From: Octopus bimaculoides
Taxonomy: Eukaryota
DNA length: 64,000 nt
Direction: 5' to 3'
Assembly: GCF_001194135.2 (NCBI RefSeq)
Contig: NC_068984.1
Location: 115,950,925 to 116,014,924 of the forward strand
Shown here: in pieces, positions 1-11,761 of the stretch
Layout of the letters: the number at the start of each line of letters is the position of its first letter
Numbering within the stretch: the first letter of the stretch is position 1
Program-made: the position numbers and the translations under genes
The notes under the pieces: generated by a model
Databases searched by the model: none
Seen by the model: only the letters and a program-made list of their open reading frames with translations
What the model was told of the DNA's origin: nothing

Positions 1-17
1 TATATATATTCACATAG

Positions 18-65
18 ATATAATATGTATATGCATACAATATTGGCATGGATGTATATCTGCTG
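18..65 (+). CDS. Possible upstream exon (coding or 5' UTR) of an unidentified gene; left boundary uncertain
   Basis: Ends at the strong donor CTG|GTGAGT (66), which pairs with the acceptor TCTTTGTTTTCTGCAG (138) to give a 73-bp intron. A candidate acceptor CATAG ends at 17. Two frames are open: IICICIQYWHGCISA and MYMHTILAWMYIC (ATG at 25). Confidence 0.3.
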
Positions 66-138
66 GTGAGTTCTTCGTGAATGAATGTCTATAATATATC
101 ATGGCTTCTTTGTAAACAAAGGTCTTTGTTTTCTGCAG

Positions 139-240
139 TGGAAAACAAAGAACATTCTATAGACATAAAAGTCGGGACGCAGCTGGATATATATTGTCCT
201 TGGGAAAGGAAGACCTGCATAAGCTGTTATTCAAACCCAC
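139..240 (+). CDS. Probable 102-bp internal exon of an unidentified gene
   Basis: Preceded by a polypyrimidine tract and CAG, followed by donor CAC|GTACGT. Phase-1 frame reads (V)ENKEHSIDIKVGTQLDIYCPWERKTCISCYSNP. The phase-2 frame is also open: (C)GKQRTFYRHKSRDAAGYILSLGKEDLHKLLFKP. Confidence 0.45.
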
Positions 241-759
241 GTACGTTTTGCCCCTGGGATGTATTGATATGAAACATATACCGAAAGGAAACTGTAGCCT
301 TGCAAATTCAATATTTTAACCTATGACAACATATGCATAGGTACAGGCCCACATAGCCGTGCATCGTACACTCACTCCTCCACACGCACAAACACAATCA
401 CCTATACATTTATATCAATTATGTGACTGAAACACTCCCTTTCTGAAATTGCTCACCTCACTTAGATGTTAATAAAGGGTACAGAACAACTAATTTATTC
501 GTTGGTCGCGCTGTAATACAAACGGGTACGCCATTAATTTATATGACATGAGATCAACTTTCTACTGTTAGTATGTTTTACAGAAGGGACGAGATTTTCC
601 AAAATGCTGTGTCGTTTATATGACTTTGATCAATATACGATATAAATTAATTTTGTTGAGATCATTACACGTTTCTCAAGAAATCAATTAATTCCTGTAA
701 GGTAATTTATAGGAAAATATTCCTCTTAATTACCAATAATTAGACATAGGAGGCCCATA

Positions 760-910
760 AATTAGTTGTAGCAAAATTAGTAGTAGTAATGATTTTAGTA
801 GTAGTAGTAGTAGTAGTAGTAGTCGTAATAAGAGGTGATGGTGTAGCAATCGTAGTAACAAAAGCAGTAATAGTAGTAGTATAAGCTAGAAGGATAGTAG
901 CAGTAGTATC

Positions 911-956
<46 letters not shown>

Positions 957-1069
957 NNNNNNNNNNTAGTAGTAGTAGTAGTCGTAATAAGAGGTGATGG
1001 TGTAGCAATCGTAGTAACAAAAGCAGTAATAGTAGTAGTATAAGCTAGAAGGATAGTAGCAGTAGTATC

Positions 1070-1118
<49 letters not shown>

Positions 1119-1261
1119 ATAATAAGAGGTGATGGTGTAGTAACAAAAGCAGTAGTAGTAGTAGTAGTAGTAGTCGTAATAAGAGGTGATGGTGTAGCAA
1201 TCGTAGTAACAAAAGCAGTAATAATAGTAGTATCAGCGAGAAGGATAGTAGCAGTAGTATC

Positions 1262-1305
<44 letters not shown>

Positions 1306-1400
1306 CGGCAGCAGCAGCAGTAGTAGTTGTAGCAGCAGCAGTAATACTAGTAGTAGTAGTAGTAGTAGTAGTAGTAATAGTATGCGTAGTCGAAGTAGAT
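760..1400. repeat. Compound (TAG)n microsatellite containing about 3.5 copies of a ~120-150 bp unit
   Basis: The block GTCGTAATAAGAGGTGATGGTGTAGCAATCGTAGTAACAAAAGCAGTAAT recurs near 822, 980 and 1173, separated by (TAG)n. A 10-N gap lies at 957-966. Confidence 0.9.
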
Positions 1401-2395
1401 TCAATAACGAAACTAGGTGATTCCATTCCGTCATTTTCCTGTACTGAAATCCTTTATGACTTTTTAAATGTCACAGTGAGAATTAGCTTTGTGACATTTT
1501 TAGAATAAATTAAAAATGAATATTTGATCATACGCCAATGTCAATAGTGTTTTGCAATATAGATCCAAAGTCACACATGTTTGTTGAAAGAGGGTTTTAT
1601 GTCATCCGACCTGCAAATTTGAAATGTTGAATGGGTCTCGGAACGATTTGAACTGAAATCAGAAAGAAGCATTGACAGAATAAGTGTAATACACTTTAGT
1701 CCAGTGGTTCCCACATTCCTAATACTCATTCCCACCCCCCACAACACTATCAGCATTGGCCACTTTCTGTAGCAAATTCGAAACAACTGTATTTCACAAA
1801 TAAATCTTAATTTAATTAACCCATTAACTTTCTTCTTTTTATATCCATCGCTCTGTTTTGGCTACCCCATTATCGTTCCACTCTTTTTCAATGCACCCGT
1901 AGATCTTTCTACCGTCCCCATTGAAGTTTAGTCCATCACTCAATCGATTCTGCCACTCTACAACCCTAAACGCGATTTTACCATAGGCATAAAGCTAACT
2001 ATATTTTTTGAAGTTGTTTTATCGATCACAGTATTTAACACTTTACTTATCCTGTGTGTCATATGTGATGCACTGGATGTATTTCCCTGGTGTCAATGCA
2101 TCATATATGAAATGGTAAAATTGTTTCTATCAATTTTGTTTCCGTTATATAACAATTTCTACTTCCATTTTTCTAGAAGTGTGCATATGTACCATAAATA
2201 AATTCTGTTACTGGAGTTCAAGTTTATCCCGGAAGTTCTATTTCTATTGGATGCTGTAAATAATCAATAAAACCTTAAGCATGAACTTATATAACCAGAC
2301 CTATGATGACATGAACGAAATGAAATATTTAACTGAATCATCATAAAATTAACTTTCATTTCAATGCAATATTGAAATCAGCTTCAATGTTTTAT

Positions 2396-2437
2396 AACCC
2401 GAATCGTCGGTGATTCAACGGGTCACGGGTAGTCTAG
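2396..2437 (+). mobile_element. Helitron-type 3' terminus (subterminal hairpin + CTAG|T); 5' end not located
   Basis: ACCCGAATC-GTCGGT-GATTCAACGGGT hairpin, then CACGGGTAGT, then CTAG at 2434-2437 followed by T. Confidence 0.5.
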
Positions 2438-3403
2438 TACAAACACACACACACACACACACACACANNNNNNNNNNNNNNNNNNNNNNNNNNNNNNNNN
2501 NNNNNNNNNNNNNNNNNNNNNNNNNNNNNNNNNNNNNNNNNNNNNNNNNNNNNNNNNNNNNNNNNNNNNNNNNNNNNNNNNNNNNNNNNNNNNNNNNNNN
2601 NNNNNNNNNNNNNNNNNNNNNNNNNNNNNNNNNNNNNNNNNNNNNNNNNNNNNNNNNNNNNNNNNNNNNNNNNNNNNNNNNNNNNNNNNNNNNNNNNNNN
2701 GGCCTAATGCGAGCCCAGGAGCAGATAAACTGCATTTTAAAAGCATTTTCGCAGTGTTAAGGCCCATAACCTGAAGGGTATCCAGTCGCTTTCCTCCAAA
2801 TTTACAACAAACATTAATCAGGCTCCTCGAATTGCTGTTGACTAAAAAAGATTTCCGACACCGACTGTGGACCCCTACACAAAATGATTTGAGTATATTG
2901 CACTGGGTTTTATCTTTGTTTTAGGCCATTTTCCGACGATAAAGTATTGACACTATTTATGCATTATTAGTAACGTATAATATTTCATAAAAACCTTTTT
3001 GTCCAGTTTGGCAGAGGAAATGAGAAGAACATAAAAGTTTTTGACGGCGCCCTGTTGATGCTTCGTGTTACCTACCCGCGCACCACCCGGTCATGTGCGT
3101 GTGTGTGCGGCTGGTAAAAGGCACAAGAATCCCATTCATCCATTCTTTAGAAGTGCCCTGTTGATGTTTCATGTTTCCAATCCTGCGCAACGCATCATAG
3201 CCCGGTAGCATGTCTTCTTTCTATGTCATCCATGTCTGAACTATCTAATGCAAAATGTTCATATAAAACAAAGAAAGAAAAATTGCTGTTGTGACTCACA
3301 GCCATTTGAGTTTGAGCGCATGACCACTTCCGGAATCTACGCTCGCCACCTGCAATTAGTCACCTCCTGTGTTCCTTCCCCCGTTTAGTCGTACGAGTAA
3401 ATA

Positions 3404-3877
3404 CAGGGTGTCCCAGAATTAATGATGATTTGAGTGAAATCGGATGCATTTATTTATGTTTATCATGTTTAATATGTGTTAAAAGTATATAAATTTTGAA
3501 TTTTGTTTATAATCTTATTTTCATTCCTGCTAGACCCCACCCCCTTATTTGTCCATGACAGTTTTTTCTTTTCCAATTTGGCTGCAATCATTTTCTTTAC
3601 CTCCATCTCCAAGATGGGGCAATCGTTTAGCTGAGCTTAAAGAAGCCATTCAATTAGTAGTGCAGGAGCTAACTTCTGCAATGCTTCAAAATGTGTTTCA
3701 CAACGCTAAAGAGAGACCTGAAGTATGCAGGGATACAGACATATTGAAAATGTTCAATAAAAGTTTGACGTAAGATTTATAAATCTATTTGTTTTTGGTA
3801 ATAAACATAAATTCTGTCAGTTTTTAAAAAAATTGCTCAATTTCATTGAAACAGATAGTTAATTCTGGGACACCTTG
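3404..3877 (+). mobile_element. Internally deleted Tc1/mariner-superfamily element (MITE-like, 474 bp)
   Basis: TIRs CAGGGTGTCCCAGAATTAA / TTAATTCTGGGACACCTTG (1 mismatch), TA on both sides. Internal ORF remnant RLAELKEAIQLVVQELTSAMLQNVFHNAKERPEVC resembles a transposase C-terminus. Confidence 0.85.
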
Positions 3878-4015
3878 TATGGTGTAGCGTTCTTAGTTGT
3901 TGCGTTACTCGAGTAAATATTAAAATCAAAGGTCTTCTCGCCGTAAACATCCCATCTTTTTGTTAAACATAGTGTATCAAGGAGTATATTAACCAAAATG
4001 TATCTCTCCTTCATA

Positions 4016-4096
4016 GGACTGGCTGTGTGGTTGAGAAGCTCGCTTTCCAACAATGACGTCTTGGCTTCAGTCCCATTGTGCAGCACGTTGGGCAAT
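4016..4096 (+). mobile_element. Decayed tRNA-derived SINE head
   Basis: GGCTGTGTGGTTGAG (A-box-like), GCTTCAGTCCC (B-box-like), then GCACGTTGGGCAA. No intact cloverleaf. Confidence 0.5.
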
Positions 4097-5112
4097 TCTC
4101 TTTCATTACAGCTCCGTGCTGAGCAAAGACTTGTGTATTATGTAACTGCCATTACTGTATTGATATATAAAATAACACATACAACTCACTTATTATTGTC
4201 AAATAATAAACAAACAGAAGTACGTGTATGAAACTGATATTTTTTCTACTTAAATTATTAAATGTCATTTTCTTATAAAATACACACACAGGAGGAGTAA
4301 ATCTCTTTAAATGTGTCTTCCGACAAAAGGTAATTACCCGATCAACGACGTGTATTACTGCTAGTATATATATATATATATATATATGATATATATTTTG
4401 CATATGTATTTATGTCTGTGTGTATATATATGTATGTATATATATATATTTATATATTATATATATTTATATATATATTAATACACATATATACACATAT
4501 TTATATACATTTACGTATACATACTTACACACACACACACACAGTCACACACATGCACACACTCACACACACATACGCACACGCACATACGCACACACAC
4601 AAACACATATATGTAATTAACGCTGGTGCGAAAATTGCAGTAACGCCCAAAATGTACTCACCGTTGTTTTGTGGAGCGGAACAGCACATCTTCAAGAGAT
4701 AAATAAATACACAAAAGAAAGTAAAAATGGAAGACAAGAAATACTAATTATTAAAGAAGAAAATAACGAATGAACTTTGAACGATAATAAATGAAACTAT
4801 ATCAGATATATTGACACCATATCATTCCATAAATGGAAGGGTCTTTTGCATAATTTAGTCTCTAGCTTCAATGCCAAAAAGAAATATGGTATGGTCACGA
4901 AGAACACGTCTTTTATTATGGATTTATCGATCTAGGCACACGTTTACTGAAGGATATCGAGCGGTATTCAATTGTAAAGCAAGCAACAACTTGAAGGATG
5001 ATTAAACAACTACAAGGGTGACTGTTAAACATATATATTAATTATTCACTTATTACACTCACACACACACACATATGTCCATTTATATATAAGCATTTAT
5101 ATATATACACAA

Positions 5113-5565
5113 GAAGTGGCTGCTGGAAGGTTCTATGTCTGGCAACCGGACTCTGCACCATGCCACACAAGCAGGAGAACCCAGTCATGGCTGTCAGACG
5201 ATTCTGACCACATTACCCCTAATATCTGGCCACCTAACTGCACAGACTGCAACCCCCTTGATCATTATGTGTCAGGCGCAGCTGAACGAGAAACCAACAA
5301 AACTCCTTGTAACACCAAAGATGAACTGAAGACAAGTATTGTGGCTGTATTCACCAACTTAAACAAGGAGACCGTCCAGAAGAGTTGCAAGAGATTCCGG
5401 AGTCGTCAGGAGGCAGTGGTTGAGGCCAATGGCGATTTTATTGAATAGATTTACTCTTTAGTGTTTTACAATATTTTTATATAATGTGGGTGAATATATC
5501 TGTTAAAATGAAATGTGAATGTTATTTTCATTTTTGCGTAATTTAGACATTTTATTCACCGCAAC

Positions 5566-5568
<3 letters not shown>
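5113..5568 (+). mobile_element. 3' half of a maT/DD37D-like Tc1/mariner element
   Basis: ORF 5116-5448 YVWQPDSAPCH...WPPNCTDCNPLDHYV...EANGDFIE* has D-x36-D spacing. Right terminus ...TTCACCGCAACCTG is followed by TA. Confidence 0.85.
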
Positions 5569-5610
<42 letters not shown>

Positions 5611-5614
<4 letters not shown>

Positions 5615-6896
5615 ATCATCCCATAAATAATGCGTTTTTTTTTTTCAGTTGCATGAACTAAAACTCGGAGGAGGATGGGATAAACTACCTGCATCAACTT
5701 GTTATAAAAGCAGGCAGTAATTTTACTTTGTCCATATTCTTAGTGCAAGTTTTGAAGAGTGCAGTTCGATTTTGACAGTTATTCTTTCAGAGCTATAATG
5801 GGAGTGACAAAGGAGCATATTCGGCATATTTTGCTTTATGAATTCAATAAATGAAACAACGCAACGGAAAATGCGAGGAATATCAATGCCATATATGGAG
5901 ATCGGACAATAAGCGTAAGTCAGTGTCAACGGTGGTTCCAGAAATTTCGAGCCGGAAACAACAGCCTACAAGAAAAGCCTCGTCCTGGAAGATCTGTAGA
6001 GCTCGATGAAGATGTCTTGCAAATCCTGGTGGAACAAAATCCCATTGTAACTGTTGAGGAACTAGCAGAGAAGCTTGCATTTGGTCATTCAACCATTCAT
6101 CGACATGGGTGCCATCGGAAATGTCAGCAAATTGGATCAATGTATTCCTCACAAACTTTCCGACTCTAATTGCACGCAGAGAGTGAATGTGTTCTTCCCT
6201 TTGCTGTCATGTCTCACAAATGAACCATTTTTGGACCGAATAGTATCTGGTGACGAGAAATGGGTTCTCTATAAAAATGTCAAGCGCCAAAGACAGTGGG
6301 TAGAGAAAGGAGAAACACTGACACCCGAGGCTAAAGAAGGTTGTTACCTACGTAAGGTGTTGCTATCTGCTTAGTAGGATATGGAAGGTTTAGTCCACTT
6401 TGTACTTTTAAGCCCAAACCAAAAGATAGCAATGGAGATCTACTGCGAGCAGCTCGAGTGGTTTAAGTCAGCGCTAGAAGAAAAACGACCATCTTTGGTT
6501 TCAAGACGAAAGGTGTTTTTCTATCAGGATAATGCTCGGTCACATTCAACGAGGATGTCATTCCAAAAGCTGGGGCAGTTTGAATAGGAAACCTTGTCCC
6601 ACCCACCGTATTCGTCGGACATTGCTTCATCTGATTATCATTTATTCTGCAGTCTCCAAAATCATTTGGACGGAAGAAATATGAATTCTGTAGACGAGGT
6701 CAGAACAGTTCTGGAGGAATATTTTTCGTCACGGACAAGTGAATTTTGGAAAGGGGCCTTGTACGTCTACCAAATAGATAGAAGAACATTGTAGAAAATG
6801 AAGGAGAGTATATTTTAGATTAAAAACAGACTTTGCCTTAATTCGGAAAAATAAAAGAAGTATAACAAAAACCGCATTATTTATGGGATGACTCAA
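5611..6896 (+). mobile_element. Full-length (1286 bp) defective mariner, DD34D
   Basis: TIRs TTGTATCATCCCATAAATAATGCG / CGCATTATTTATGGGATGACTCAA (2 mismatches) with TA flanks. Confidence 0.95.
5798..6823 (+). pseudogene. Mariner transposase pseudogene (stops and frameshifts)
   Basis: MGVTKEHIRHILLYEF..., RWFQKFRAG, RIVSGDEKW, QDNARSH, HPPYSSDIASSDYHLF. There are 34 residues between the second and third Asp. Confidence 0.95.
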
Positions 6897-6923
6897 TATA
6901 TACATACATATATATATACATAG

Positions 6924-6926
<3 letters not shown>

Positions 6927-6956
<30 letters not shown>

Positions 6957-6988
6957 TGTATGTATGTATGTATGTATATCCGCATTTA

Positions 6989-7042
<54 letters not shown>
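6927..7042. repeat. (TATG)n followed by (TCTA)n microsatellites
   Basis: Read directly from the sequence. Confidence 0.95.
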
Positions 7043-7045
<3 letters not shown>

Positions 7046-7884
7046 GCATTTATCTGCGTGCGAATGTGTGCATATGTAGTTATATCTCACCATATTTACA
7101 TTATTGTATTAAAGTATGTCATTCTGCAAGTAATAAAATAACGCAACAATTAGTGTTTCGATACATGTGTCATATAATCAAAGAAACATGAATGTTGTTG
7201 CAAAAAAATAACAACAACAAGAAAACAAATAAAAAAAAACAGCAAAAAACGCAAAAACCCCTAGAGACAAAGCAAAGCTAGAGAAAACGAAGCAAATTGC
7301 CCCAGTATATGTGATACATTTTTGATACAAAGAAAATATTTATGTTCTGTTTTAATATGTCTATTTTTATATGCCGTCGACATCGTTATATATACATTTA
7401 ATATGTAGTAAAAAATATCTATTTTCAAATATATTATATAGACATATACTTAAAAACTTTCTTTTTATTGACATAAATTTCACTGGTACGTATACAAATT
7501 TTTACGTTATATATGTGTACACAAATACATGTATTCACACACACACACACATGCATCTATCTATATATATATCGAGGCAATTGATATTACTATTCTACGA
7601 ATTTTAATAATAGTTTTTCTTTTACTGACTATGTTTCTGTAAACGAAATTTGATGAAATATAATTACAACACGAAATAATACTCATGAAATTAAATATCT
7701 ATCTCCACAAATTTTTTAGAATTTCATAAATTGAAGAAATTTATTGGCATTGAATAGCTTTGCACTTTTAACTGTGACTAATATATTGTTTCGTCCTTGT
7801 GAAAATTTTAACACTTTCAAACCGAATTTGTCTACCGTCCGCACATCCACAGAGACAAACATACAAAGAAGAACTAGAGAAGAA

Positions 7885-8270
7885 TAAAATAATGGTTTCA
7901 AATTTTGGAACAAGGATAGCAATTTCAGGGGCGGGAGTAAGTCGACCTCGGTGGAATGCGAACTCATAACGTAAAGACAGATGAAATGCCGCTAAGAATT
8001 TTGCCCGGCGTCTTAACGATTCAGCCAGCTCGGCGTCTTTGGAATAATAATAATAATCATTTCTTCTATTGGAACGAGGCCTGAAATTCCTGGGGAGGGG
8101 ACTAGTCGATTACATCGACCCAGTGTTTCACTGGTATTTAATTTAACGACCCCGAAAGGATGAAAGCCAAAGTCGACCTCAGCGGAATTTGAACTCAGAA
8201 TGTAAAGACAGACGAAACACCGCTAAGTATTTTGCCCGGCGCGCTAACAATTCTGCCAGCTCACCGCCTT
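7885..8270 (-). mobile_element. Two tandem copies of SINE family A (tRNA-like head, GTCGACTTTGCCTTTCATCCTTTCGGGGTCG core)
   Basis: Reverse complement of head GGCGGTGAGCTGGCAGAATTGTTAGC...TTCTGAGTTCAAATTCCGC, seen twice. Confidence 0.85.
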
Positions 8271-8416
8271 GGAATAATAATCAGAAAACGAAGTAGCAGA
8301 AAGAAAGTACGACTTTTTTTCTCTCTACATATTTCTCTTTCTTTCTACCTACGTATCTGTCTATATCATACATCCTCTTTCTTTTTCGAATTTATGTTTG
8401 TTTCTTCTATCGTGAT

Positions 8417-8807
8417 TGTTTGTTTGTTGGCACTCCGTCGCTTACGACGGTCGAGGGTTCCAGTTAATCCGGTCAACGGAACGGCCTGCTCGTAAAATTA
8501 ACGTGCAAGTGGCTGAGCACTCCACAGACACGTGTACCCTTAACGTAGTTCTCGGGAATATTCAGCGTGACACAGTGTGACAAGGCTGACCCTTGGAATT
8601 ACAGGCACAACAGAAACAGGAAGTAAGAGTGAGAGAAAGTTGTGGTGAGAGAGCACAGCAGGGTTCGCCACCATCCCCTGCCGGAGCCTTGTGGAGCTTT
8701 AGGTGTTTTAGCTCAATAAACACTCACAACGCCCGGTGTGGGAATCGAAACCGCGATCCTATGACCACGAGTCCGCTGCCCTAACCACTGGGCCATTGTG
8801 CCTCCAC
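8417..8807 (-). mobile_element. Full-length SINE family B (tRNA-Arg-like head GGAGGCGCAATGGCCCAGTGGTTAGGGCAGCGGACTCG)
   Basis: Near-identical to the copies at 11762, 14791 and 35739. 11-bp TSD TCTATCGTGAT at 8406-8416 and 8808-8818. (ACAA)n tail. Confidence 0.95.
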
Positions 8808-8844
8808 TCTATCGTGATATATAGCAGTCATTCGGCTTTTAATA

Positions 8845-9380
8845 ATGCTTTCTCTTATAAGTACATATTTTGATATTTTACGGGATGGGGATAGACCATT
8901 ACATTGACGCCGGTGCTCAACTACTACTTATATTATGGACACCCCCAGAATTTGAACTCAGAACACAAAGACGGGCGAAATGCAGCTCAGCATTTTGTTC
9001 AGCGTGCCAACGATTCTGCCATCATTTGACAGAAACGTTAGCACGCCGGTCGAAATGCCTAGCGGTATTTCGTCTGCCGTTACGTTCTGAGTTCAAGTTC
9101 CGCGGAGGTCGACTTTGCCTTTCATCCTTTCATGGTCGATTAAATAAGTACCAGTAATCGACTTAATCCCCTTGTCTATCCCTTCTATGTTTAGCCCCCT
9201 GTGGGCAATAAAGAAATGAAATAATGGTTTTAAATTTTTCCACAAGGGAAGCAATTTGTGGAGAAGCGATGAGTCGATTACATCGACCCAGTATTTAACT
9301 GGTACTTATTTTGTCGACCCCGAAAAGACGAAAGGCAAAATTGACCTCGGCAGAATTTGAACTGAGAACGTAGCGAGGGC
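8845..9380. mobile_element. Cluster of SINE family A fragments in both orientations
   Basis: Minus fragment about 8845-9025, plus copy about 9028-9220, minus fragment about 9225-9380, all with family A head or core motifs. Confidence 0.8.
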
Positions 9381-10180
9381 TCAGTATATGTTGGTAACGT
9401 TAGATTTAACATTTTTCTTTTTTAGGCAGAACTAAGCGTACCGTTTTGGCGATGTAAGGATCTACGTCTTGGTATAGATGCTGGATTACAAGTTTTAGGG
9501 AAGGAAAATTGGGGATGGAAATTTTATCGATGTTAGATGTTAAATTTCACGTTTTCAATTTTAAATTTCAAATTTTTGTGACGTTATATTTCTGATTTAA
9601 TTGGTGTTAAATTACAGACTTTGTTTTTCTTTTTCGAGTCTGCATTTCAAGTTTCTTCGGCGTTTGATTTCAACATTTATTTACATAAACTTTCCTGTTT
9701 TATCGATATTAAATTTTGCATTTTGTCGATGTTAAGAGTGTTTCTATTGTGGTGATATACATTTCATGTTTAAACGATGTGAGTTTTCATATCTAATCGA
9801 TGTTAGAATTCACATTTTGTCAATGTTACTTTCACTGTTGGGCGATGCTAGATTTCACGTTTTCGATACTAATTTTCCCGTTTTCTTTTTTTCGGGGTTA
9901 GACTTCAGGTTTTGATGACATAAATTTCCTCGTTTTATATATGACAGATTTTCTGTATTGTGTATATATATTTCTTGTTTACGTAGTGTGATTTTGCACA
10001 TTTCGGAAGTGATAAACATTCTATATTTGGCGATTTCAGGACCTATATCTCGGCATTGGCAAAGTCCACGTTTTGTGTGATTTTAACTGAGACCAATGTT
10101 AATTCTCAGTTTCTTTTTTATGTTAGGTTTCCTCTTTTATTCTTTTTAATTTTTCAGTGTTAGCTTTCACGTATCGTTGA
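9380..10180. repeat. Old degenerate tandem array, period about 23 bp
   Basis: Recurring CGATGTTAGATTTCACGTTTT-like units, e.g. CGATGTTAGAATTCACATTTTGT and CGATGCTAGATTTCACGTTTT. Confidence 0.65.
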
Positions 10181-10304
10181 CGAAAAAATCCTGGATTTGA
10201 TGGCATCGAGTAAGCCGTCCCATAAAATTGCTGACAGCTTAGACCGGTTGTTGTGATCGGTAATAAAGGACACAGTTTAATAGAGATATGATTATTATTT
10301 CCTA

Positions 10305-10552
10305 AGGTGGTGAGCTGGCAGAATCGTTAGTACGCCGCGCAGAATCGTTAGCACGCCGGGCAAAATGCTTAGCGATACTTCGTCCGTCTGCACATTCTGA
10401 GTTCAAACTCCGCCGAGGTCGAGTTTGCCTTTCATCCATTCGGGGTCGATAAATTAAGTACCAGTGAAATACTGGAGTTGATTTAATCGACTAGTTTCTT
10501 CTCCCTAAATTTCAGGCCTTGTGCCTTTAGTAGAAAGGATATGATTATTATT
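10305..10552 (+). mobile_element. SINE family A copy with a short duplication in the head
   Basis: GGTGGTGAGCTGGCAGAATCGTTAG; the segment GCAGAATCGTTAG is repeated; core and tail GGCCTTGTGCCTTTAGTAGAAAGG follow. Confidence 0.85.
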
Positions 10553-11761
10553 TCTTACAAGTCGAGAAAATAGAAGAAACGCCTTTATCAGCTTGCAAGG
10601 CTCTCCCACGAGTAAACTATACCAGCATGTGACACTTAGTGTTGTATAAACTAACTCAGCTATTGATGATTAAGAGACTTGTTAGTAGACACAACAGAGC
10701 TGCAATGGAAAGAAATGAGATGTGAATCCTTCAATCATGATATTTGTGCATTGTACGAGGGAAAACCTCCTCTCGGTAGATCAATCTGCTAGAAATGTAA
10801 GCTGAATTTCCCTCAAATAAAACGAGGAGATGGATCATGGAAAGGCATAGCTTTTTTTTGCATACAAAAGACAGGATTGTCACGGTTTGAATGCTTCTTA
10901 TAATTTTGATTCATCCGGATTGACTCGGTGAAACACGAAACCATTAATAACTGGCTGGTAGAGCGGGCAGTTGAAATTAAAGAAATTTGCGAAAGATGTA
11001 ATGTAGCTACGGTGCCTGTATAGGAAACAACTTGATTGATCGGTAGAGTGTCTTTGTAACCCTTCAGTGAGCTTCACATTATCACAAGATCGATAAAATG
11101 AAAACTTAACAACTAAAATAAAGTTTTAAAAATCTTGTGATCAAATACAGGAGAACAATCAAGTGTTTGTTGTTTATTTAGCCCAAGGTCATCCCTGATT
11201 GAGAAAACCTAAAAACAAAGGCTTTCCAAACACGAACACCTGGTTTTCTTTACAGAAATAATTTCTATTGGCCTACATTATTCAAAGTTTTCTTCCCCTT
11301 TTTTTTTTGGACAATAATGTACAATTCGAGGGAGATTTGGCTGTTGTTACCAACAGAAAGAATGTTCACATATATGCTACCTTCGTTGATACTACTATAT
11401 TACGTCGCATCAATGAAGCTGTGTCACCTTGTTCTGTCGGTGACAAGGTAGTATTGATGTGATTCATAATAAACATCGACTCCTTGATTGGCTGTTCATA
11501 CAATATCGATCCAGTGTTTCCTTGTGTCATTTTGGTCGCAAGGGGACAAAGTTGTTAAACAATGATGCAAAACATTTAATTCAACATTCTATTCTCTTGG
11601 CCAATTCTACAATTTTAAAGTGCGTGTTGGTGGTGGAGGTGGTGTTAGTGGAGGTGGTGTTAGTGGTATTGGTGATGGTGGCAGTGTGTTGGTGGTGGGT
11701 ATTCAACCAGAATAAATTTGGAATATTGATAGGTTCAAATGCCACGATGTGTGTAAAGTAT

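Noticed and set aside
957-966. Tandem duplication around a 10-N gap (also 24318-24327, where ~78 bp is repeated on both sides)
   Set aside because: Identical sequence either side of a minimal gap is the usual signature of an unmerged contig overlap.
740-1426. 228-aa Thr-rich, mucin-like ORF on the minus strand
   Set aside because: It is the reverse reading of a (TAG)n microsatellite with duplicated blocks, spans an N gap, and has no signal peptide or clear splice context.
2755-2845. VKAHNLKG, resembling the FN3 V-x-A-x-N-x-x-G motif, after a CAG acceptor
   Set aside because: The frame stops after 29 codons, there is no donor, and no other FN3 features are present.
4866-5005. TFTEGYRAVFNCKAS, resembling an Ig I-set B strand
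   Set aside because: An in-frame TAA occurs before any donor and the acceptor is weak; likely chance.
11357-11447. AG...GT-bounded 91-bp segment with two open frames
   Set aside because: Poor polypyrimidine tract, weak donor (GTAGTA) and no recognisable peptide.
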